A DNA stretch of 64,000 bases from an uncultured Desulfobacter sp. (GTDB lineage Bacteria; Desulfobacterota; Desulfobacteria; Desulfobacterales; Desulfobacteraceae): NCBI GenBank assembly GCA_963665095.1, contig OY762069.1, forward strand, positions 6,240,001 through 6,304,000, given 5' to 3'. This document shows positions 37,241 to 46,015 of the stretch, in pieces. Numbering within the stretch: position 1 is the first letter of the stretch; every line of letters begins with the position of its first letter. The notes beneath the pieces were generated by a model. It was not told the DNA's origin, did not search any database, and was given only the letters and a program-made list of their open reading frames with translations. The position numbers were made by a program, and so were the translations under genes.

Positions 37241-37774
37241 TCCGGGAAAATAGAGCGCCAACGCCGCCCTTCTGGTCTGGGCACAGGGATTTTATTCATT
37301 GCAGGCAACCCTGGCTTAAGCGCCGGATGATAGCAGGTTCAAGTTGCGTTAATACATTATTACAGGATGCATTTGCCATAAAAAAAATTATCATTAAAAC
37401 AAGTTATTCGCCTGGGCTATAGGCTATACAGGCCAGATATCATTGTGTTCATTGGGAATCTGTGAAGAACAAAATTCAGAACGAAAAACTTTCTTTGATT
37501 GTCAAATTTACATTGAAATTTTCAACTATAAATGTTTAATCTTCAGCTGGAATCTGATCCTGAACCATAAAAAGATGTCCATTTTATGTAAGCAATATGC
37601 TGCTAGGATGGAAATATAATATTCAAAATCAAAACATGGAAAATTTTCCACTCCTTTTCCACGTTTTATAGATAATATCATGATAGCTGGAAAATTAGGC
37701 CACTTATATAGATTGATATCATGACAATTTTCCATCTATCACAACTGTTAACCTAATAAAAATAAAAGCCCGTC

Positions 37775-39052
37775 ATGAATGATATTATAGCTACAGCAGA
37801 GACAGATCTTATCCCTTTAATTAATCGAGCAGTTATGAATGTCCGTGAAGATATGAGGGATAATCCATATATTTTAGAAGCAATAAAAGTATTGCCTGTC
37901 CAGGGATATCGAAGTGCAATTGGCGCTTTCTGGAATGCTGTTGTAGACGATTTGAGAAATAAAATTATCTTCAGAAGCCTGACTCTTTTCAATAAAGAAA
38001 TTCAACCTCAACGTGAAATAAAAACATACGAAGATTTCCAGAATTATATTAACGATGATCAGTTGATTGAAGGAGCATATAAAATTGGGGTTATAGGATG
38101 GGAAGCATATAAAATCCTCAAACATTCTAAAGAAACACGGCATATTTTTTCAGGCCACCCAAGAAGTAGTGAGCCTTCATTGGTAAAAGTATTAGCTGTC
38201 ATTGATGATTGTATAAAATATGTGCTAAATGAAGAATATCCGACACAAATAATTGATATTGATGATTATATTGAGACTCTAAAGGCAGAAGCGTTCGATA
38301 GAAATACATATGCAATTGAAAATGCACTAGGTGATTTACCTGAAACTTACAAGAATGAACTTATAAATAGACTGTTCAGAATCTATATCCATCCTGACTC
38401 ATCAAGTACGTTGATATCGAACATTGAGTTTGTATCACCCCTTTTATGGAAAGTTCTGCCAAAACCGATAAAAATACAAATAGTTCGCAGGCTTGATCAA
38501 GAAATCCCAAAAGGAAATGTTGAGGTAACCAACAAGGCATTTGCTTTTATCAAAATCGTGGGTGGCATGATTTATTTATCACACAATGCCAGGCAATATA
38601 AAATTCAACCACTTGTGGATCGACTCAAAGCAAATTTGGATAATTGGGAAGTTGAAAATAAATGCGTAAGGGCTTTGAGCCAATACGCTTCAGTTATAGT
38701 TGACGAATGCATTGATGATTATGTTTCAGCCTTGACATTGACATATGTCGGTTATGTTGGGGGGAGTTCAAGATTTTCTCGGACAGATTTTTATGCAAAC
38801 GGAGCAGCTTCATATATACCGGATATGTTTCAAGTTTTTAACGATAGGATGGCAGCATCATTTATCAGGACGATTAGAGAAAATTCTCTTCTCAAAGGAA
38901 GACTTCGAAGCCCATCAAAGATAAAAAGGTTAAGAAGTCTTGGATTAATTGTGGATGAAAAAGTCTCCGATGCTTTTGAGGAGAGAGAGTTACTCTCTTT
39001 ATTGGTTGATGAATCAAAAGAATCTGATTTTTTCAATGCTATAAAAGGTTAA
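37775..39052 (+). CDS. cassette 1: hypothetical protein with a HEPN-like N-terminal domain
   Basis: 425 aa, AT-rich; EAIKVL..GYRSAIGAFWNAV helix and R-x5-H (RHIFSGH); its stop codon lies in the attC R'' box. Confidence 0.7.
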   Translation: MNDIIATAETDLIPLINRAVMNVREDMRDNPYILEAIKVLPVQGYRSAIGAFWNAVVDDLRNKIIFRSLTLFNKEIQPQREIKTYEDFQNYINDDQLIEGAYKIGVIGWEAYKILKHSKETRHIFSGHPRSSEPSLVKVLAVIDDCIKYVLNEEYPTQIIDIDDYIETLKAEAFDRNTYAIENALGDLPETYKNELINRLFRIYIHPDSSSTLISNIEFVSPLLWKVLPKPIKIQIVRRLDQEIPKGNVEVTNKAFAFIKIVGGMIYLSHNARQYKIQPLVDRLKANLDNWEVENKCVRALSQYASVIVDECIDDYVSALTLTYVGYVGGSSRFSRTDFYANGAASYIPDMFQVFNDRMAASFIRTIRENSLLKGRLRSPSKIKRLRSLGLIVDEKVSDAFEERELLSLLVDESKESDFFNAIKG

Positions 39053-39063
39053 CAATCCGCTGC
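39047..39063 (+). repeat. attC site 1, left part (interrupted by group II intron 1)
   Basis: GGTTAACAATCCGCTGC; shares TAACAATCCGCT with the intact attC at 43800. Confidence 0.8.
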
Positions 39064-39368
39064 TCGTGCCCAGATTGTTGAGTCGCATTTTATCCTGACT
39101 TAAATTTTCTAATTATTTTGAACAGATTAAATCTTTTCCATATTATTTAAGACAGCTACAGAAGTCGCTGCGCTCCTTCTCAGTAGGTTTTTAAGGCATA
39201 GGCAGAACAGCTTGAATAAAGCAGAAAGGGGAAGCAGGTAATCCCCACTTCCCCTGGCGCATTATTCAATGCTGCCTGCTTCCGGCTATCCCTTACCAGG
39301 TTGCTCCTCAGCAGAGCCCGGCTCCGTTTCACCGAAATCGTAATATTCTGCTCTATGGCTGTTTTTTC

Positions 39369-40178
39369 TTAAAAAATCTCCGATGAAGCAATGCGGACAT
39401 GCTCTGCAGATACCGTCATTGATTTTTCTGCCGCAGCAGCAATCAATGAGCCTCTGGCAAGATTATTCGCCTTTCGTAAAAGGCCGCCGGAGCCTTGATG
39501 AATCGCAGTCACCGCCTGGTCAGAAAAAAAGTTGGTGTCAACACCGCATAGTTTTAAATGATGGATCAGGTAAGTTTTCATTCCAGCCACATCCAGACCA
39601 TCCAGATGGCTTTTAGCCACAATCCTGGATGCAAACGGGATTGACGTCCGGTACTGAAGCTTATCTATCAATGTCGGCTGACCTGCAAGGATCACAGGCA
39701 GCCAGGGCATGGCGTCTTTTTCAAATTGAACCAGGGTGTGAAGTTCGGCAAAGACTTCCATGCGAAGCAGAGATGCCTCATCTATAATCAAAACGGTTTT
39801 GATCTTTTTTCCCAGGACGAATTCACGTATTTCATTTTTAATAATGGAGATCATAACAGCGCGGGACGTCGATGTCCGCTCTATGCCCAGTTCTTCAACA
39901 ATCTGCCGGTAAAGTTCCATGATGGAACCGCTTGAGGCCGTAACATAAAAGACTTTGTATTCCGAAGGGTGTAGGGATGAGGCGGCATACCTTAAGGCGG
40001 TGGACTTTCCGCTGCCCACATCCCCTGTGATAACCGCACTGCAGCCAAGTCTTAAGGAATAATCAATCCGATTTTTAACGCCCGAGACCTCCGGGGTAAC
40101 CAGGATATCATTAATTTCTATCTGCGCCGGGAAGGCCTCCCTGGATAAGCCAAAAAAGGTGCGATACATTTCACTCAT
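39369..40178 (-). CDS. ExeA/TnsC-like AAA ATPase of the transposon
   Basis: GDVGSGKST, LIIDEA, ILAGQP; ATGA overlap with the transposase. Confidence 0.88.
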   Translation of the reverse strand: MSEMYRTFFGLSREAFPAQIEINDILVTPEVSGVKNRIDYSLRLGCSAVITGDVGSGKSTALRYAASSLHPSEYKVFYVTASSGSIMELYRQIVEELGIERTSTSRAVMISIIKNEIREFVLGKKIKTVLIIDEASLLRMEVFAELHTLVQFEKDAMPWLPVILAGQPTLIDKLQYRTSIPFASRIVAKSHLDGLDVAGMKTYLIHHLKLCGVDTNFFSDQAVTAIHQGSGGLLRKANNLARGSLIAAAAEKSMTVSAEHVRIASSEIF

Positions 40179-41431
40179 AACAGTTGCCCTCCCTTGTAAT
40201 TTGAGGGTTCAGGCATAATCCGGATATCATTTTCGTTCCAGCGGTGCCGCTTGACCCGGCAGTTCACAGCAAGGTCCACCGGGGTTAACAAGCCATAAGA
40301 CTTTGCTTTATAGATAACTTCAGCCTGCAAAGGGGTGTCCTCATGGTACTTTACATCCACATGTCTGCCGATCAGCGCAACCGGGGCCTCAAACATGTTG
40401 CCGTCAAGGGTTATGGTTCGGTCCTTTGCCACCTTGCGCCGGGCGGTTTTGCGGAAGTGGTCTTTCAGATCCGGTGGGGCGGTACGGATGCACTCCATGG
40501 CCGAGGTAAATCTTTTAAACGGTGATTCGCCTGTGGAGCTGTGTTTACGCTGATGGTACTCATTATGAAGCCACTTCTCAAATGCCCCATTCAGATCATC
40601 CAGGGTCTTACCTGTAAATCTTTGCAGAAACTGAAGCCGAACCGTTCTGAACCAGCGCTCGATTTTACCTTTCCCCTGGGGCTTATATGGCCTTGCATGG
40701 ATTAAAGCGATGGACAGAGACGCTGCTACATATTTTAAATGATGGGATCTGAACGCAGGACCGTTATCTACATACAGCTTGCGGGGAAGCCCACGGCTCA
40801 AAAAAGCCTGCTCCAGCACCATAAGATAGGTCTTCAGATTCTCAGATAAATAAAAACCTGCAGCCGTAACCAGCCTGGAATGATCGTCCATAATGGCAAT
40901 CAGGTACGTTTTTCTTTGCTTATCCTGAACCAGGACTGTAGGGCCGTGCATGACGTCGCTTTGCCACATATCATTGGGGTGCGGGGCTTCAAACTTTCTT
41001 CTATCCTCTGGCCGGGCCGTGTTCATTAGCCCCCGGCCGCGTAAAAAACGGTATACACTGGATGGACTGTATGTCTGGCATGTAGTTTTTTGAAGTGAAC
41101 AGATCAATGTATCGACTGTCGCATCAGGCTGGTCTAACCGGAGTTTGATTAGTTGAGATGCAGTCTCGTCATCGAATACCCTTGATTTTCCCTGGTCTGA
41201 ACGGTCTTTGGGGTAAAGAGACTCTATTCGACCGTTATACTGCCGGACCCATCCCAGAATCGTACTTCTGGAAAGCCTGGTCCTTCCAGAATACGGGATG
41301 GACCATTTGCGGGCGCACTTCTGCTGTAAAATTCGTTCTTTTTCACCGTAATCAAAATTTGTTCCGGTCACAAATTCACAAATGACCCCAAACCTGAACA
41401 CGGCAACCTCATTTTTCTGATTTTCTGTCAT
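40175..41431 (-). CDS. DDE (rve) transposase with HTH and Mu-like C-terminal domain
   Basis: WQSD, DDHSR, LYVDNG, GKIERWFRT, YHQRKHSS. Confidence 0.92.
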   Translation of the reverse strand: MTENQKNEVAVFRFGVICEFVTGTNFDYGEKERILQQKCARKWSIPYSGRTRLSRSTILGWVRQYNGRIESLYPKDRSDQGKSRVFDDETASQLIKLRLDQPDATVDTLICSLQKTTCQTYSPSSVYRFLRGRGLMNTARPEDRRKFEAPHPNDMWQSDVMHGPTVLVQDKQRKTYLIAIMDDHSRLVTAAGFYLSENLKTYLMVLEQAFLSRGLPRKLYVDNGPAFRSHHLKYVAASLSIALIHARPYKPQGKGKIERWFRTVRLQFLQRFTGKTLDDLNGAFEKWLHNEYHQRKHSSTGESPFKRFTSAMECIRTAPPDLKDHFRKTARRKVAKDRTITLDGNMFEAPVALIGRHVDVKYHEDTPLQAEVIYKAKSYGLLTPVDLAVNCRVKRHRWNENDIRIMPEPSNYKGGQLL

Positions 41432-41534
41432 ACTTCCTCCTTAAAATTTGGTTCTAAGGGCTTGTATGACAGTATGATCCTTCGGTAAATCACAGCCTTC
41501 GGTAGGGTGGTTTAAACCTGATCCAGCCCCATGG

Positions 41535-41981
41535 TTAAATTGAACTGGTAACCGGGATTTTACCCATACCGATTAGCTTGATAAAACCAGCAACCACACC
41601 TTTGTCCCAACTGTTGGACAGGTAGGCCGCTATATTTCGTTTCAATGCAGTAAACCAAAAATGCTGTCGGTTCCAGGAGAGTTCCGGCAGATACCGGTCA
41701 GTGTATAGACGACTCATAATGCTGGTAAGGATTTGCCAGATACTGGCCTGGAACCTCTTGAAAAAACCATATGGCTTCAATTTGAATACGGTTTTGCAAT
41801 AGGGGCAGCGATATCGCTTCAAATACACCCCTTGATCAAATCCATCAAAAAAGGAGAGTACAAAGCCGTGTCCCCACAGCCTGGAGTCGTTGCAATGTGG
41901 ACATCGTGACGGTTTTGGCCATGTAAAATTTTTGCCCTGCTTGAAAATTTGCTTGATATCAGCTTTGACCTTTATTATCAT
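41535..41981 (-). CDS. DUF6431-like zinc-ribbon protein of the transposon
   Basis: CPHC...LWGHGF...RYRCPYC. Confidence 0.75.
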   Translation of the reverse strand: MIIKVKADIKQIFKQGKNFTWPKPSRCPHCNDSRLWGHGFVLSFFDGFDQGVYLKRYRCPYCKTVFKLKPYGFFKRFQASIWQILTSIMSRLYTDRYLPELSWNRQHFWFTALKRNIAAYLSNSWDKGVVAGFIKLIGMGKIPVTSSI

Positions 41982-42173
41982 TTTTATGGTTGTTTTGGGA
42001 TTTTATAAATCCCGGTCTTAAGGGCGAGGCTCTGCAAAGCTTTTCGCCCTTTTCATTTTTGTCAGAATGCTTTGATCAGAACCTGTACAGGATAATTTGA
42101 GAAAAATGGAACTTTGTCAATTTAATATGAAAAATTTGGCGGGTTTTTGTTCAGGTTATTTCGGGAATCTACA

Positions 42174-43073
42174 CACGGCTTTCGTTCAAAGCACAACCAG
42201 CACATGGCTGTCGCTGAGATACGTCAAAAGTGTTACGAGCTGAATATAAACTGGATTTTAAGCGCAGATATTACCGGTCTATTCGATAATATTGACCATG
42301 GTCTACTCCGGGAGGCGATACGAATCAGGGTAAATGATGGCGGCATCTTACGGCTGGTCGGCAAGTGGCTGAACGCCGGTGTACTCGAAGGTGACAACAT
42401 TGAATATCCAGATAAAGGAACGCCCCAGGGCGGTGTGATTTCACCAGTACTCAGTAACATCTTTCTGCATTACGTGCTGGACGACTGGTATGTCAAGACG
42501 GTTCAACCGCGTATGAAGGGCAAGTGTTTCCTGATTCGATTTGCCGATGATTTTATCATCGGGTTTCAATTGGAATCAGACGCCCAAAGACTGATGGAAG
42601 TGCTGCCAAAGCGTTTTGAGCGGTATTCCCTGTCTCTTCATCCACAAAAGACACGTCTGATACCTTTTGGAAAGCCGACGCAAAAGGGTAAACCCCAAGG
42701 GACCTTTGATTTTCTTGGGTTCACATATTACTGGGGCAGAAGCCTGAAAGGCAACTGGGTGATCAAAAAGAAGACCGCGCGTAAAAGGCGCAATCGCTTT
42801 ATGCGCATGCTATGGAGTTGGTGCAAGGCAAACAGGCACGAGACCTTACGCGAGCAGCATGAAACACTGTGCAGTAAGCTTAAAGGGTATTATCAATATT
42901 TCGGAGTACGGGGTAACTATAAGGTACTGGAAGTGGTGTACGAATACGCCTTAAAAGCCTGGAAACATTGGCTTGGCAGAAGACATCGGAACGGCAAGCT
43001 CAGCTTCAGGAAGTTTGGTAAACTTCTTGCCCGCTATCCGTTACCGTCGCCACGGATTGTACACAATATCTGA
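42174..43073 (+). pseudogene. ltrA: group II intron reverse transcriptase/maturase, N-terminally truncated, no endonuclease domain
   Basis: HGFR, ADITGLFDNIDH, GTPQGGVISP, RFADD, FDFLGF, X-domain GYYQYFG. Confidence 0.9.
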
Positions 43074-43230
43074 AATGACCTGTAGGGTAGCAAAGTTATA
43101 CGCCAATCGGGGTGTCGCCTGGTTGGTTGACGGCTCGGTAAAAAGAGCCTGAATCGAGGAACCGTATGAGGGAAATCTTCACGTACGGATTTGTGGGGAG
43201 GGCGTCGGGTAACCGATGCCTTTACCCGGA

Positions 43231-43340
43231 AGCCGACCCGGGGGGCTAGCGGCTTTTCGAAAGCCCTTGGTTTTCGAAAAAACTTGGCTTCGATAACCTG
43301 CTTGGTTATATGCCCCGGCCGGCTGAGCTCCCCGTTCTCT
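43231..43340 (+). repeat. attC site 1, right part
   Basis: AGCCGACCCGGGGG...GCCCCGGCCGGCTGAGC-TCCCC-GTT; similar to attC2. Confidence 0.8.
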
Positions 43341-43355
43341 AAACGGAGGATCTAC

Positions 43356-43781
43356 ATGAAAAAAATCTTTATAATTTTAATGATGTTTATCATGTTTTTA
43401 CCGAATATTTGCATATCAGGAACATCTGACCCATATAGTTCAATCATGCATTTAGGCGAGATAGCAAGAAATGCTATCCCAAAAGAAAAACCGGGAAGAT
43501 TAAGAGCGTATCTGCTTCCTGTAGGTCAAAAAAAGAAACAATCTATAAAAGATCTGACTGAAGCCTTGAGTCTTGAAAAAGGAAGAAGTGGATATTTTGC
43601 ACTGTTGTCATATGATCAAGAAAAATTAGTATCAACAATTCTGGCAGTCCTTCCCACTATCGAAAATAGATGCTTTTGCAAACTTTCTGTAATATATGTT
43701 GGGTCTAAACGGCATAAAGATTTAATCTCAAACGCCTTTTTACATACAGGTGCTACGTTTATATTTAAAGAATATAGATAA
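43356..43781 (+). CDS. cassette 2: secreted hypothetical protein (141 aa)
   Basis: GGAGG RBS, MKKIFIILMMFIMFLP signal peptide, flanked by attC sites. Confidence 0.75.
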   Translation: MKKIFIILMMFIMFLPNICISGTSDPYSSIMHLGEIARNAIPKEKPGRLRAYLLPVGQKKKQSIKDLTEALSLEKGRSGYFALLSYDQEKLVSTILAVLPTIENRCFCKLSVIYVGSKRHKDLISNAFLHTGATFIFKEYR

Positions 43782-43796
43782 GGAATCGAAATAAAA

Positions 43797-43925
43797 ACAT
43801 AACAATCCGCTACCGGCCGACCCGGGGGGCTATCGACTTTTTGAAAGTCCTCGGTTTATGAAAGGACTTTGCTTTTACAACGCGCTCGGTAACTTGCCCC
43901 CGGTCGGCTAGGCTTATCGTTGGCT
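43797..43925 (+). repeat. attC site 2 (intact)
   Basis: ACATAAC...GCCGACCCGGGGG...CCCCCGGTCGGC...GTTGGCT. Confidence 0.8.
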
Positions 43926-43973
43926 TTCAAAATCCCGACAAAGAATCATGAATCAAATTTTCGTTTGAACTTC

Positions 43974-44006
43974 TTGACAGAATTTAAAATAAATGTACAA
44001 TTGTAC
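43974..44006 (+). promoter_or_regulatory. toxin-antitoxin cassette promoter with overlapping palindromic operator
   Basis: TTGACA-N16-TACAAT; palindrome GTACAATTGTAC over the -10 box. Confidence 0.7.
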
Positions 44007-44008
44007 TT

Positions 44009-44401
44009 ATGAGGATAATAGCAGATACAAATACATTTTTGGCAGTTACTTTATACGAACCGGAAAGAGACCGCATTATCAATCTTTCTATAGGGCATGA
44101 ACTGATCGCACCAGAAGTACTACCGTTTGAAATTGGTAATGCTTTATCTGCCATGCTGAAAAGACAAAGAATAAGCAAAGAAGAACTGCCTGATATTTGG
44201 CATGCAACTCAAAAGATACCTGTCGATCTGCGAAGTATTGATATTCCTCAAGCTCTTGAGATTGCCTCTGAATTTAATATCTATGCTTATGATGCCTATT
44301 TTCTGACATGCGCTCTTTCTCTGCACAGCCCGCTACTTACCCTTGATCGTAGAATGATCGAAGTCGCAAATAATTTAGGTATACAGACTTTGGAGGTATA
44401 A
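44009..44401 (+). CDS. vapC: cassette 3: PIN-domain (VapC-family) toxin
   Basis: IIADTN, FEIGNAL, YDAYFL, LLTLD. Confidence 0.88.
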   Translation: MRIIADTNTFLAVTLYEPERDRIINLSIGHELIAPEVLPFEIGNALSAMLKRQRISKEELPDIWHATQKIPVDLRSIDIPQALEIASEFNIYAYDAYFLTCALSLHSPLLTLDRRMIEVANNLGIQTLEV

Positions 44402-44403
44402 CA

Positions 44404-44628
44404 ATGAAAGTATTTACATACTCAGAAGCTCGACAAAAACTATCCACGGTCTTGGATATGGCACGATCTGAAGAAGTGGTGATAAAACGTCGAGGGGGAG
44501 AAATGTTTACCGTGCTATTTAAACAGGCCCCAAAATCTTCCCCATTTGATGTGCCTGGAGTAAAAACTAAAGCCTCTACAGGTGATATTCTTGATGCTAT
44601 TCGAGATTCACGCTCACGGAATATTTAA
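44404..44628 (+). CDS. cassette 3: Phd/YefM-family antitoxin
   Basis: FTYSEARQKLSTVLD...VVIKRRG; GGAGG RBS. Confidence 0.85.
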   Translation: MKVFTYSEARQKLSTVLDMARSEEVVIKRRGGEMFTVLFKQAPKSSPFDVPGVKTKASTGDILDAIRDSRSRNI

Positions 44629-44630
44629 TC

Positions 44631-44690
44631 AAATAACAAGCACACGGCATTGCACCGGACTCGCGGTGCTCGCCGGTGAATTTTACGTTA
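44631..44690 (+). repeat. attC site 3 (core site interrupted by group II intron 2)
   Basis: AAATAAC...ATT(G)CACCGG/CCGGTGAAT...GTTA; rejoining across the intron gives GTTAGAT. Confidence 0.75.
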
Positions 44691-45524
44691 TCGCGCCGAG
44701 CAAAGCTCGGCGTATCTTGCAGGGTGAAAGTCCCTGTCGGATGAAATCCAGTAATGGGTTTCAGCAAGGGTTAGCCACCCACCCGTATCGAGCCTTGGAC
44801 CCATGGCGGAGATATACCGGCTATTGTAAGTTAGGACGCTAAGTAAACTTGGCTGGAAACGAGCTGCACCCGGAATCCCGAATAAAAGTGCAGATGGACT
44901 CACCCAACTGAAAGATCAATAAAAAGGATATCGAACAAGATGGGTTAAGCGTAGGCAGAGCATCCTGTAGGCCGCAGGGGAGACCGCGTTCCCTGAAGTG
45001 CTGGTACAGCTTCGAGAGAGCAACCCGCGGACGCCGAGGGTTTTAACGGTCGCCGAAGGCAACACAGAAGCATCCGTAATCGGCGAGGATGTGAAGGTCC
45101 GCCGGAGTCAACAGGCCGTGGCATGCAGGAAGAGATACGCTGTAGAACTCGGGAAGCCCCATTGTGCTCCTGGCATGAATTATACAAAATTCAGGTGGGT
45201 CGTTGCAAAGCGGCTATATGCCATTGGGGTGTCTTATCAGGCATAGTACTCAGAGGTTGGGAAAGCCGGCCACACACATGCGTACACCATGCATGTAAGG
45301 GAAAGGACCTGACGGAAGGACGTAGCCCACAAAGGAAACTCGTGCCGGACATGTAGGGCTGGATAACATGAGCCAACCTCACTGCGGGGAATAGCAATTG
45401 GATCTTGTAACGGGTAACTGTGAAGGTCCGCGCGGAAGCGAGTCTAACCGAAGAACTGGATGCGGGAAAACCGCACGTCCGGGACTGTGCGAGGGGCGCT
45501 GGGTGACTGGCGTTCCTACCGCGA
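44691..45524 (+). ncRNA. group II intron 2, ORF-less (intron-encoded protein gene deleted)
   Basis: 5' TCGCGCCGAG, CAGGGTGAAAGTCCCTG, GCCGAG..GAAGGC domain I motifs, domain V at ~45450, domain VI ending ACCGCGA; only a PTSLRGIA ORF stub remains. Confidence 0.85.
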
Positions 45525-45597
45525 GATCTTCTAAAAACAACGTTGATGGCATAAAGTATGAGTTTAAAAAAATATGGTCTTACAATGCGGAGCAACT

Positions 45598-45903
45598 ATG
45601 GTTACTTGCTATCTAAAATATGTGATTGATCCTTATAAAATCAAAGAGTTCGAAGTTTATGCAAAAATGTGGATACCTTTGGTAAATAAATTTGGTGGAA
45701 CTCATCATGGATATTTTCTACCGCATGAAGGAGCGAATAATATTGCGGTCGCTTTATTCAGCTTCCCATCTCTTGCAGATTATGAAACCTACCGAAATAA
45801 AATGTGGAAAGATTCAGACTGCATGAAAGCATTTGAACATTCTGAAAAAACCAGATGTATCGTTAGTTATGAACGTAGTTTTATGAATCCGATTTTTGAA
45901 TAA
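45598..45903 (+). CDS. cassette 4: NIPSNAP family protein
   Basis: TCYLKYVIDP...GGTHHGYFLP...FSFPSLADYE; GGAG RBS. Confidence 0.85.
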   Translation: MVTCYLKYVIDPYKIKEFEVYAKMWIPLVNKFGGTHHGYFLPHEGANNIAVALFSFPSLADYETYRNKMWKDSDCMKAFEHSEKTRCIVSYERSFMNPIFE

Positions 45904-46015
45904 AAAAAACAAAGGGCTTAGGGCACGACGCAGTGCGGAGCAGGACAGCCAGGGTAATCACATCTTATTACTTCTGAACGTATTGAAAGGAGGGCTTGCC
46001 ATGGTCCTGCCCAAA

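Larger units (their letters stand above)
39076..42173 (-). mobile_element. three-gene DDE transposon (zinc-ribbon protein + DDE transposase + AAA ATPase)
   Basis: TGT...ACA ends with imperfect inverted repeats (TGTTGAGTCGCATTTTATCCTGA vs TGTAGATTCCCGAAATAACCTGA); the right end abuts the RT codons HGFR. Confidence 0.8.
39064..43230 (+). mobile_element. group II intron 1 remnant, inserted in attC1 and disrupted by a transposon
   Basis: 5' stub TCGTGCCCAGAT, RT fragment, domain V GAACCGTATGAGGGAAATCTTCACGTACGG and domain VI ending ACCCGGA. Confidence 0.8.

Noticed and set aside
37241..37746. Integron integrase or a definite attI site upstream of the array
   Set aside because: No tyrosine recombinase motifs are present and ORF 37526-37735 is not convincing. 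The sequence before the GTT at 37747 is only loosely attI-like.
39282..39334. Hammerhead ribozyme (CUGAGGA and GAAA on the minus strand)
   Set aside because: There is no stem I or NUH cleavage site between the stem after GAAA and CUGANGA, so the topology does not fit.
39369..40178. Type II secretion ExeA gene
   Set aside because: It is coupled to a DDE transposase inside terminal repeats, and no secretion genes are nearby.
42147..43073. Retron, DGR or defence-type reverse transcriptase, or an intact 308-aa gene
   Set aside because: It is followed by group II intron domains V and VI and has a maturase X domain. Its first nine codons are transposon end sequence.
43191..43355. 196-aa version of the cassette 2 ORF
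   Set aside because: The extension runs through intron domain VI and attC1. The RBS and signal peptide point to ATG 43356.
44582..45616. Short ORFs across intron 2
   Set aside because: They overlap structured intron RNA and show no protein motifs.
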